In this document: positions 9,606-19,200 of the stretch, one piece after another
Position numbering within the stretch: position 1 is the first letter of the stretch
Layout of the letters: every line of letters begins with the position of its first letter
Assembly (NCBI RefSeq): GCF_000014265.1
Contig: NC_008312.1
Location: 540,001 to 572,000 of the forward strand
DNA: 32,000 nucleotides
Direction: 5' to 3'
Source: Trichodesmium erythraeum IMS101
GTDB taxonomy: Bacteria; Cyanobacteriota; Cyanobacteriia; Cyanobacteriales; Microcoleaceae
The notes under the pieces: generated by a model
Told to the model about the DNA's origin: nothing
Database searches by the model: none
The model's input: the letters and a program-made list of their open reading frames with translations, nothing else
Made by a program: the position numbers and the translations under genes

Positions 9606-10889
9606 ATGGTAACAGATATATTCCAGAATAAACCCCTTCCTAACTGGGAAGAATTACTACAAGTTGCCCAACAAAATACTACGGCAAAATGGATATTAAG
9701 AACAGATAAAAGTCCTAGCACTGCAACAATATCTAGTTATATTGCTCGACTAAACCCTGAGGAAAAACCCTCTGTTTTGCTTTATAGAGATAATAATGCT
9801 TGGTGTCCTTTTTGTGAAAGAGTTTGGTTTGCGTTAGAAGAAAAACAAATCCCTTTTGAAGTTGAGTTAATTAACTTAGCAGATAAACCACAATGGTACA
9901 AGGATATGGTGCCAACCGGGTTAGTTCCGGCAGTGAAAATTGAAGGAGAGTTAGTCTATGAGTCGAAAAATATTTTACTTGCTTTAGAAAATAAATTTGA
10001 TAGGCTTCCCCTATTACCTAAGGAACCCCAAGAAAGGTCTGTAGCTTTAAATATGATAGAAGCTTTTGACAGTAATGGTTTAGTTAAATCAGGATATGAG
10101 TTTCTCTTTAATTCTGTGAAATCAAAAGAAATAACACCTGAAGAAAAAGAGGCACAGCTACTGAATTTGCAAACAATTTTTGAGACTAGGTTAGACCAGT
10201 TGGAAGAAACATTAAGTCAGTATCCTGGTGCTTATTTTTTGCACGAGTTTAGTTTGGTGGATATAATATATACTCCTGGTATTACGAGATTAGCAGCTAA
10301 TTTACCTGTATTTCGGGGGTATTCTATATATAATAACGATCGCTTTGCGAGAATTAATCAATGGTTGACGGCGATCAATCAGCGTCCGGCTTATCAACAT
10401 ATAAAACCAAATTCTCAAACTAATAATTTGATCATACAAAAAATATTTCATTTGCCGGCTATTTACAACAGTAAATCAGAACCTCAAGCAAAATTTGAAA
10501 GTCAGGAACAAGACTATCGGATGGAGGCAGCCGGGAGATTAAGTAGTAACTACAAAACTGTTGTTGCTGATATTCTCAAAAATTCGGGAATTCAAACATG
10601 GGTGAGTCAGGAGAGTTTACCAAAAATTGAATTGGTTATTGACTTTTACTTGAGACGTTTAGTTTATTCTTTAATTGAGGGGGGCGTCCCATCATTTTTT
10701 ACTCACTCAATTGATGCCAAAACTGAACAACACAATGAAGTCAAAGAGATAAATTCTGCTGATGCTGCCCTTGGAGCGATCGCTCTAGCTTTTCTCAGAA
10801 ATAGAGTTTGTGTACCCCGTGACATGAGTGCAAATGCTGCAGTGGCTTTTCAAACAGCAATTGATACTATGTTGTCTTGTCTCTATTAA
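9606..10889 (+). CDS. Glutathione S-transferase-like / glutaredoxin-like protein with a CPFC active-site motif and a long C-terminal extension
   Basis: 427-aa ORF. It has a thioredoxin-fold GST N-domain, VLLYRDNNAWCPFCERVWFALEEKQIPFEVELINLADKPQWYKDMVPTGLVPAVKIEGELVYESKNIL, followed by a helical GST-C-like region. About 140 C-terminal residues have no motif I recognise. Confidence 0.8.
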   Translation: MVTDIFQNKPLPNWEELLQVAQQNTTAKWILRTDKSPSTATISSYIARLNPEEKPSVLLYRDNNAWCPFCERVWFALEEKQIPFEVELINLADKPQWYKDMVPTGLVPAVKIEGELVYESKNILLALENKFDRLPLLPKEPQERSVALNMIEAFDSNGLVKSGYEFLFNSVKSKEITPEEKEAQLLNLQTIFETRLDQLEETLSQYPGAYFLHEFSLVDIIYTPGITRLAANLPVFRGYSIYNNDRFARINQWLTAINQRPAYQHIKPNSQTNNLIIQKIFHLPAIYNSKSEPQAKFESQEQDYRMEAAGRLSSNYKTVVADILKNSGIQTWVSQESLPKIELVIDFYLRRLVYSLIEGGVPSFFTHSIDAKTEQHNEVKEINSADAALGAIALAFLRNRVCVPRDMSANAAVAFQTAIDTMLSCLY

Positions 10890-10928
10890 ATTTATCTTCA
10901 AACTAAAAGTTGAACAAATAGCTTCTTC

Positions 10929-10938
10929 AGGACTTACA
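10929..10938 (+). repeat. Copy of the dispersed AGGACTTAC(G/A) motif
   Basis: CAGGACTTACACAGG lies 40 nt after the stop of the GST-like gene. The same core recurs at 29278-29289, 29354-29365 (reverse complement) and 30635-30654. Confidence 0.5.
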
Positions 10939-11025
10939 CAGGTGAACCTAGAGACCGAATTTTTTCATTAATATTTATGATTAAAAACAAAGACTTATCT
11001 TAGAAACCTAGTTTATTCAAGTAAT

Positions 11026-11099
11026 ATCATGTCTGGATAATTCAGTTATCAAAAAGTTTTTTTAGGAACTTTAATTATAACTATGTAACCAGACATGAT
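11026..11099. terminator. Perfect 11-bp inverted repeat with a long loop, between convergent genes
   Basis: ATCATGTCTGG (11026-11036) and CCAGACATGAT (11089-11099) are separated by 52 nt of A/T-rich sequence. The repeat lies between the stops at 10889 (+) and 11119 (-). Confidence 0.3.
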
Positions 11100-11118
11100 C
11101 CAAGTTCTCTTCTTCTGA

Positions 11119-11400
11119 TTATCTCTTATATTTTCGGTTCACTTGGAACCACATAATAATTCCTGTTACTGCCAACATTAACATTCCAAAGGCATTTAAA
11201 AATGGATAAATCATCTCTAAATTAATTCTCCCAAACTTGCCTCTATGCCATTCTAATAGCCAAATAAAATCACCAGCTTTACCTGTAATGACTGATATTT
11301 GAAATAGGGAACCTGTAATTAAACTAAGTAGTACAGGAAATAACATTACTGGAGCAAACCAATAGTGAAGTTGGCGCAGTCTTGCTTTATTAATTTTCAT
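11119..11400 (-). CDS. Small membrane protein resembling a PepSY-associated TM helix protein
   Basis: 93-aa ORF with two hydrophobic helices. The N-terminal RLRQLHYWFAPVMLFPVLLSLITGSLF resembles the PepSY_TM (H-x-W-x-G...ITG) pattern, and the C-terminus is basic. Confidence 0.6.
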   Translation of the reverse strand: MKINKARLRQLHYWFAPVMLFPVLLSLITGSLFQISVITGKAGDFIWLLEWHRGKFGRINLEMIYPFLNAFGMLMLAVTGIIMWFQVNRKYKR

Positions 11401-11449
11401 AGCTTAAAAATTTAATCGCAGGCAAACATCCCAGATGTATTATACAAAT

Positions 11450-11788
11450 TTATCTCAATAAATACGACTTCATTGAAAATAGTAAAAAGGGGATTATAAA
11501 TAATAGTAAAAAAATAATTTCTCCAGGTTGTACCAAAAAATTATTCATTTGAGCTAGGTCAGAGACATTAATAGCTTTTTGCTCTACAAGTGTTTCTACT
11601 TTAGTTTCTACCTTTGGAGAAGATACTTGTGGTATTTCATTTTTCGGTTTTTTATTGACAGAATTACTTTCTACTTGTTTTACTTCTGGGTTTGAATTAT
11701 CATTTTTACTAGGTACATGCAGTTCTGGGGCATGAGCGAGGAAAGATATAGTGTGCACTATTTTTTTACTCCTATCAATTTCAGTCAT
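11450..11788 (-). CDS. Hypothetical tail-anchored membrane protein with a His-containing N-terminus
   Basis: 112-aa ORF with ATG at 11786-11788. It has an HTISFLAHAPELH segment, a low-complexity K/E/P/V-rich middle, and a single C-terminal TM helix (IIFLLLFIIPFLLF). It is co-directional with 11119..11400 and divergent from the multicopper oxidase. Confidence 0.5.
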   Translation of the reverse strand: MTEIDRSKKIVHTISFLAHAPELHVPSKNDNSNPEVKQVESNSVNKKPKNEIPQVSSPKVETKVETLVEQKAINVSDLAQMNNFLVQPGEIIFLLLFIIPFLLFSMKSYLLR

Positions 11789-11922
11789 ATTCGGAGAAAA
11801 GGATAATTACATTTAGCTCCTAAGACAAAAAAATATCTTGATTTCATTATTTTACTCGATCATCATAGTAATTGGCTAAAATAAAATGTTAAATCAAATA
11901 TAAAATTCCCAAAATATTAATT

Positions 11923-13365
11923 GTGAAAAAAATTAATCGAAGAAAATTTTTCATCCTAAGTTCCAGTGCGATGGCAACTTTAATCACTCAATGTAATATA
12001 AATAATACTCAAAAAAATCAACAACTTATATCATCATACCCTCAAATACATCAGAGCCAAGATGGAATTCTAGAAATTGATTTGACAGCTAATATTAGTC
12101 AAATAAATCTGGGAAATAAACAAGCTTATGTATTAAATTATAACGGACAAATTCCCGGACCAAGATTAGAAGTAAAACCAAGAGATACAATTAGGATTAA
12201 TTTCACTAACAATTTACCCCAACCTACAAATATTCATTATCACGGACTACATATTCCCATGACTGGAAATGCTGATAACGTATTTCTGAATATTTCTCCA
12301 GGCGATCGCTTGACATATCAGTTTCAAATTCCTGAAAATCACCATGCTGGAATGTTTTGGTATCATCCACATCTCCATGGTTTAGTAGCAGAACAAATTT
12401 TTGGGGGGTTAGCTGGATTATTTATTGTCCGTGGAGAGCTCGATGAAATTCCCGAAGTAAAAGCTGCTTCAGAACAATTTTTAGTGTTGCAGGATTTTGC
12501 CCTAGACCAAAAAGGAAATATACTCCCATCTCATGAGCTTTCAATAATGACAGGAAGGCAAGGAAATTTGATCACTGCTAACGGTCAGTCTAACCCTAAA
12601 TTAACCATTCCCCCTCAAAATTTATTAAGAATTCGTATTCTTAATGCTTCAAGTTCCAGATTTTATCGGTTATCTTTAGAAGAACACCCATTTTATTTAA
12701 TAGCTACTGATGGAGGAGCATTAGCTGAACCTGTAGAAATGTCAGAACTATTATTGACTCCTGGAGAACGTGCAGATGTATTAGTCCAAGGTAACCGAGA
12801 GCCAGGAAAATATCGCTTGTTGAATTTACCTTATGAACGAGTGGGTATTGGTATGATGGGGAGAAATGTATCTGAAAGTCAACCACAAGTTTTAGCAACA
12901 GTGAGTTATGACCAACAGTCCACTGCTGTGCCACTGCCAACCAAACTCATCCCTGTCCCAGCATTGCCCGAACCTCAAAAAGTACGTCGTTTTCAGATGA
13001 ACCATGGCATGATACCTGGTCAAGGGATGGCATTTTTGTTTAATGGTCAGCCATATCAACCAGAAAGAATTGATACTCAAGTTCAGCTCAATACCGTTGA
13101 AGACTGGGAATTAATTAACACAGGCATAATGGATCATCCCTTTCATATTCATAGCAATGCTTTTCAAGTTTTGAGTCGGAATGGCAAACCAGAACCCTAT
13201 CGTGCCTGGAAAGATGTAGTCTTAGTCAGACAGGGAGAAACAGTTTTAATTCGGATGCCATTACAAGATTTTGCTGGAAAAACTGTTTATCATTGTCATA
13301 TTCTTGACCACGAAGATTTAGGAATGATAGGAAATTTGGAAATTAAAGCAAGACTTTCTATTTAA
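11923..13365 (+). CDS. Tat-exported three-domain multicopper oxidase (CueO/CotA/laccase-like)
   Basis: 480-aa ORF with a GTG start. It has a twin-arginine signal (NRRKFFILSSSAMA) and all four copper-ligand motifs: HYHGLH, WYHPHLHG, HPFHIHSNAF and HCHILDHEDLGM. Confidence 0.9.
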   Translation: MKKINRRKFFILSSSAMATLITQCNINNTQKNQQLISSYPQIHQSQDGILEIDLTANISQINLGNKQAYVLNYNGQIPGPRLEVKPRDTIRINFTNNLPQPTNIHYHGLHIPMTGNADNVFLNISPGDRLTYQFQIPENHHAGMFWYHPHLHGLVAEQIFGGLAGLFIVRGELDEIPEVKAASEQFLVLQDFALDQKGNILPSHELSIMTGRQGNLITANGQSNPKLTIPPQNLLRIRILNASSSRFYRLSLEEHPFYLIATDGGALAEPVEMSELLLTPGERADVLVQGNREPGKYRLLNLPYERVGIGMMGRNVSESQPQVLATVSYDQQSTAVPLPTKLIPVPALPEPQKVRRFQMNHGMIPGQGMAFLFNGQPYQPERIDTQVQLNTVEDWELINTGIMDHPFHIHSNAFQVLSRNGKPEPYRAWKDVVLVRQGETVLIRMPLQDFAGKTVYHCHILDHEDLGMIGNLEIKARLSI

Positions 13366-13418
13366 CCAGAAAATTTATCATTACAATAGAGTACTATAGA
13401 TTATTTAAGGTAATAATT

Positions 13419-13976
13419 ATGAAAAAAGTTTTCTCTAATTGGATAAAGTCTTTAATTGCTGGTGTTGCAGTTGCTGGAGTTTTAGGGGCAACATATTGGT
13501 ATTTTGTCGGTTTACCAGAAAATCCTACCTTGAGTACAAAAACTCAGACTGTTCTTAACTCTAGTTTATCTACCACAGACTTAGCACCACCAGTCCTTAA
13601 TGTCACTGTCTACCGTACTCCTACTTGCGGATGTTGTAAGGGTTGGGTGGAACATATCAAGCAAAATGGCTTTCAAATAACTGATATTGTCAAACCTGAG
13701 TCAGAAATTAAAACTATTCGCCAGAAATATAATTTACCCTCAGATTTAACATCTTGTCATACCAGTGAAATTGCTGGCTATCTTGTAGAAGGTCATGTTC
13801 CCGTGGCAGATGTCAAAAGTTTAATCGCCCAGAAACCAGATGTTGCTGGAATTAGCGTTCCTGGAATGCCCATTGGTACTCCTGGCATGGAAATGGGCGA
13901 TCGCAAACAATCTTTTGATGTATTTACCTTTGAAAAAGATGGTCAGACTAAAGTTTTTAATTCCTATAAATTCTAG
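13419..13976 (+). CDS. DUF411 (CopG-like) metal-binding protein with an N-terminal membrane anchor/signal
   Basis: 185-aa ORF, 53 nt downstream of the oxidase. It carries the DUF411 hallmarks YRTPTCGCCKGW and SVPGMPIGTPGMEMG. Confidence 0.85.
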   Translation: MKKVFSNWIKSLIAGVAVAGVLGATYWYFVGLPENPTLSTKTQTVLNSSLSTTDLAPPVLNVTVYRTPTCGCCKGWVEHIKQNGFQITDIVKPESEIKTIRQKYNLPSDLTSCHTSEIAGYLVEGHVPVADVKSLIAQKPDVAGISVPGMPIGTPGMEMGDRKQSFDVFTFEKDGQTKVFNSYKF

Positions 13977-14155
13977 AATAGGGAATAGAGAATAGTTAGA
14001 AGTAATTGATACTTTTTCGATGGTAATTAATTTTATCTTTGATTTTAGGAGAGTTTTAATAAAATAAATTAGATAAATATTTTATCCAGCTATAGAGTAG
14101 GGAATTTAACTAAAATTTTCCTACTTTATAACTAATTTAAACATACAAATTTATC

Positions 14156-14713
14156 CTAATTTTTGCCTTGATTAACTTGTTGTAAAACATAATTATAGAC
14201 AGGTTCAATTCCTCGAAAATATTCAGCTTCATCAGCATTATTTGAGACAAAAAACAAAGTCAAACATTTTATTATTTTCCCCTCATCTTTTAAATTATCA
14301 TTACCCACAAAAACTTTCACTGGATGTTCAGAAAATCTCTCATTTGTCAATTCAGCTATTTGATTAAAAGTATTAAATAAGCATTGATATTCCTCCTCAT
14401 CCCGGGGCATAACTGCTACATACCTCTGCCTCATCCCTGCATCTTCTCTAGAGAAATGACCTTGACAACTAGAATAGGTTATACAATTTAATTTCAGAAT
14501 TAGGGCAATAGTTAAATCTCTAACTCCTTGTTCAATTGACTGTTTAAAATAACGATGATATTTAGTAAAAATTGCCGAATCACAACAGGCAGCAGTTCCA
14601 TCACTATTAATATTACCCTGAGGACTGTGTTTAAATATGTCAAACTCTGTTACTTCAACAAATCTATCTTCCCAAGAATCAATAAAGGATTTAAAATCAC
14701 TAAATTCAGTCAT
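14156..14713 (-). CDS. Hypothetical protein, no recognisable family
   Basis: 185-aa ORF with an ATG start and ordinary amino-acid composition. It has several Cys residues (AACCDS, LNCITYSSCQGH) and is flanked by A/T-rich noncoding DNA on both sides. Confidence 0.55.
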   Translation of the reverse strand: MTEFSDFKSFIDSWEDRFVEVTEFDIFKHSPQGNINSDGTAACCDSAIFTKYHRYFKQSIEQGVRDLTIALILKLNCITYSSCQGHFSREDAGMRQRYVAVMPRDEEEYQCLFNTFNQIAELTNERFSEHPVKVFVGNDNLKDEGKIIKCLTLFFVSNNADEAEYFRGIEPVYNYVLQQVNQGKN

Positions 14714-15241
14714 AATTTTAAATATTTTTTTAATGCCAAAACAATAGTTAGCTAGATAATTATATAGTATGTATAGCTTAATTCAGAAGGCGAAAACTAC
14801 AAAATAAGAAGGGAAAATATTTGAATTATTACTGTTACTAAACTTGAGGTAAGCAATAATTTACGCCCTAGTAATGGGGACTACTATCAACAGAAAGTAT
14901 CTTAAAAAAGTATCTGATTTATTCTGGGTAGTTTAAAAATTAAAAATATTCATCTTCAATATAAAAAATGAAAAATATAAAACTTTTTTTCGGTGCTTTT
15001 CAGAGTCTTTGGTCAATTGGTAAAGTATATTAGTGGGACTTTTCAAAAACTTTTCAAGAAATTATAAATATCACAGAATATTATCGGTTTTATTGCTTAA
15101 GAATTGGGATATATTTTTGTGACTAGATTAATTTAATAATCTTTCATCGCAATTGAATTATAAAAAAGACTATTTGTCAATGATTTTGTTAAAATGAAAT
15201 GACCCTACTACTTTTTTAGCTTAATTCCCAACCAGTCTATT

Positions 15242-15889
15242 CTATTGATGAGCGATCGCTAAGTCTACTTGCTTCAACAAAGCTTCTAAGGTAGAGGAAT
15301 TATCCACAACAATATCCCCCTTTTGACATTTTTCTGATAGGGACATCTGATTATTAATTCGAGTGTAAGCTTGTTCTTGAGTCAAACAGTCACGTTTCAT
15401 TAATCTCTCTATTTGTTGTTGGAATGGAGCATATATAACCCAAATTTCTGTTACTAAGTCAGTCATCTTAGCTTCAAATAACAATGGTATTACTAATACC
15501 GCTGTAACATCTTGAGAAGTAATTTTATGGGATGTTACCTGTATATAATTTGTCTGCTCAAATTCACTATTTTTGGCAATAAAATACTTAATATTCTGCT
15601 CAAAGCGATCGCGGACATAAGGATGAATTTGTTTTTGTAACCAGAGTAACTCTTTTTGATCATTAAAAACAATCTCTCCTAATTGTCGTCTATCTAAATT
15701 ACCATTAGGTAAGACAATATTTTGACCGTAGTGTTCTACTATGCTCTTTAAAATTGATGAACCAGGTTTTACAGCTTCTCGCCCATAAACATCCGCATCC
15801 CAAATTGGAAACTGATAGTTTTTACTCAAATAATTAGAGACAGTAGTTTTTCCTGTGCTAATACCACCAGTTAAACCAATTAAGCGCAT
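15242..15889 (-). CDS. coaE: Dephospho-CoA kinase
   Basis: 215-aa ORF with the P-loop IGLTGGISTGKTTV at the N-terminus, then IWDADVYGREAV, and VIPLLFEAKM...VIYAP...QIERLMKRD, all typical of CoaE. Confidence 0.9.
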   Translation of the reverse strand: MRLIGLTGGISTGKTTVSNYLSKNYQFPIWDADVYGREAVKPGSSILKSIVEHYGQNIVLPNGNLDRRQLGEIVFNDQKELLWLQKQIHPYVRDRFEQNIKYFIAKNSEFEQTNYIQVTSHKITSQDVTAVLVIPLLFEAKMTDLVTEIWVIYAPFQQQIERLMKRDCLTQEQAYTRINNQMSLSEKCQKGDIVVDNSSTLEALLKQVDLAIAHQ

Positions 15890-16287
15890 AATTTTTAAGT
15901 TAAAATTTAAAAGTCAAAAGCAAGAGAAACAGTAGTAGCCCATAATAGAAAAGTTCCATGGAACAGTTCTAGAAGGGCAAAACTCAGAAGTCGGGATAAA
16001 TGGCCACTACCCGTACATTCTCAGTACGGACTAGATTTCAGAGGCGCGAGAAAGTCCTAACAACTTTGGCAACTGCTGTGTTTTTATGATTTAGTTTTAA
16101 TCATGAAAACTGTTATAGTTATGAAGTTGAGGTTGATTTATCCAGCCATTGGATAGTCCTACCATATTATTTTCAACCTTATATACCTAGAAATGATTAT
16201 CGGAACAACCTAACTTCTTATGAGAAGGATAAAAAAAATATTCTTGGCTAAAAAGTTATTTATTATTAAATAATATATCACAAACTA

Positions 16288-19200
16288 ATGAACTATGCAC
16301 CCTTTGATAAAATTTACAAAATACTCATAGCTATCCCCTTAACTGGACTTTGGGTATTTGATATTGCTACACTCTTACCATTCAAAAACAGCAAAAATAA
16401 TGCTAAACTCGGAATAATATCACGGGAATTATTTTCCCCTAAAACCACATTAGCTCAACCATCGACTGAACCAATAGTTCCTGAAGCCAACTCAACAAAC
16501 ACAGTAGTAACTCCAGTAACACCATCAAACAATTCTTCCCAAACTCGCTTCGATATTACAGGTGGAAAGTATTCGGAAGATAATGCTAATCTTTTCCATA
16601 GCCTTACTAAATTTAATCTGGGAGAAAAACAAATTGTTAATTTTATATCTAACCCCAATATCAGAAATATTTTAACTCGTGTTACAGGTGGAAATATTTC
16701 TATAATTAATGGTTTAATTCAGGTAACAGGGGGAAATTCTAACTTATTTATTATGAACCCTGCTGGTATTATTTTTGGTCCAAATTCTAGATTAGATGTA
16801 CCTGGATCTTTTGTTGTAACGACTGGTTTAAGTATTGGTTTTGATGATGGTTTGTTTAATTCTACTGGTGAAAATAACTACGATATTTTAACAGGAAATC
16901 CCAGTATTTTTTCCTTTCCTATAAATAATTCGGGAGTAATAATAAATGAAGGTGAATTCACTGTTAAAGCAGGAGAAAGTGTAGTTTTATTGGGTGGAAC
17001 AATTATTAACACAGGTAAAATATCTGCACCTGGTGGTGAAATTACAATTTCTGCAGTCCCTGGAAAAAATTTAGTCCGCATTAGTCAAGAAGGACGTTTA
17101 TTAAGTTTAGAAATACCAACGGAAAGTGAAGAAAACTCAAGCACAAATTCTGCCCAAGAATTAAAAACGTTCAATTACTTATCAATACCAGAACTTTTAA
17201 CTGGTAAAAGTGAAGCTATAGAAACAGCTACTGGAGTAATAGTTAATGATGATAATCAAATAGTTTTGGTAGGTTCTAATCAAGTAATTCCTACAGATTT
17301 AGGTACAACTATTGTCTCTGGATTCCTGGATGTTTCTTCAGCAGAAAAATTGGAATTTGCAAACACAGGTAGAATCAATATTTTTGGAGAAAAAGTAGGA
17401 TTATTTGATGCCAAGCTGAATGCTGGTGGTATTTATGGGAGTGGAAGTATTCAAATTGGTGGAGATTTTTCAGGTGTAGTAAATATTCCTAATGCTACTC
17501 GTACTTATGTCGATGAAAAAACAAAAATATTTACTACATCTTCTTTAGGTGAGGCAGGTAATGTCATTATTTCGAGTGCAGAAGAAACTATATTTTTGGG
17601 TAAAATAGAAGCTATTAGTGATGCCACAGAAGAGTCTATAGCGGAAGAAAAAAACTCTAGCAAAAATATAGTAGAAGTTTCTAGTCAAGGAACTTTAATT
17701 TTTGATGGTACTATTAATTTAGGTTCTCCAAATACTTTAGGAAATTTATCCTTAAAGTCGGAAAATATTAATATTGTAGATGGAAATATTGCTCTAGAAG
17801 ATAATCCTTTAACTGGAGAAGCAGAAACAGAATCTCAGATTGCTAAGTCATCTATAGAAACTATATCAAATACAAATATTAGGATTGAAGCATCAGATAA
17901 TATAACTATTAATAATTTATCTGAAGCTGAGTTAAACTTTTCAAATGTCAGAGGTAAAATATCATTTATAGCAGATAGTGACAAAAATAATTTCGGGTCA
18001 TTTAGAATAGATTCAGAAAATACTATTAATACTCAAGGAGCAGAAATTAGTATTTCTGGAAAAACAATAAATACAGATAATATTAATACAAAAGGAGGAA
18101 AAATAAGTCTGAGTAGTAGTCAAGGTTTTGTTATGACTAATAACTTATCTACTAGCAACTCCAATACAACAGTAAAAACTAATGGAGGAGATATAGATAT
18201 TAATGCTCAGGGAAATATTACTACAGGAGAAATTAATTCTAGTGGAGAGTCCAGTGGTGGAAATATTAATATCAATAGTCAAACAGGTAGCATTAAAATT
18301 ACAAGAGTAAATATAGATACTACTTCTTCAAATGGCCGGGGTGGAAATGTCAGAATGAATGCTGCTACTAATATTGACATAGAAAATATTAACGCTGAAG
18401 GTAAACAAAGTGGTGGAAATATTGAACTGAGATCTGAAGACACTCTCAACCTTAGGGTAATATCAACCTTAAGTGATAGCAGAGAAACTGGCAACATTTC
18501 TATTATTGGAAACGAAATCAACCTTTTAGGTGGAGAAAATAGCATTAGTAGCAATGGAAAACTGAACTTACACTCAGCATCAGAAAATCACAATATTACT
18601 CTGGGCGGTTTTCAAAATACAGCAGCACTTAACCTCAAAACATCAGACTTAGCAACTTTTGCAAATGGTTTTACATCTATTACCATTGGCAAATCAGAAA
18701 ATTCTGGTACTATTACTATATATTCTCCAGAAAAAAGTAACAACAATGGAGTCATATTTCGCGATCCGGTGACTCTTCAAGGAGAAAAAGTTACAGGTCA
18801 AGGTAAAATAACCGGAATAGATGATGCTAAAATTACGATAAATGCTAAAGGTGACATTCTTACTGGCAATATTTCTGTGCCTGGAGACATTAGTCTTCGA
18901 AGCACTCAAGGAAATATCAAGACTGGGAACATGGCTGTAAATATATCAGAAAATAGCATTGGTAACATTGATATTGTTACTGGTGGTGCTATAGAAACAG
19001 GGAAATTAACCACTACAGGAACAACAGCCGGAGGAAATATAAATCTCCAGGCAGGCGCTCACTTAACTACAGGTATAATAAATTCTAGTGCGACACCAGG
19101 AAATGCTGGAAAAATTCAACTGAGTGCGGAAAATGATATTGAAATTATCTCAATACAAGCAGAAGGTGGAAATATTGGAGGTAATGTAGAAATTAGTACG

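Noticed and set aside
12704-13080. Two minus-strand ORFs inside the multicopper oxidase gene
   Set aside because: They are antisense to a gene with unambiguous copper-ligand motifs and have no motifs of their own.
14555-14755. 66-aa + strand ORF
   Set aside because: It is antisense to the 5' part of the 185-aa minus-strand ORF, and its translation is low-complexity.
16455-18909. Four minus-strand ORFs (16455..16658, 16878..17081, 18279..18554, 18694..18909)
   Set aside because: All are antisense within the 1772-aa TPS-CHAT gene. Their repetitive translations mirror the sense-strand repeats.
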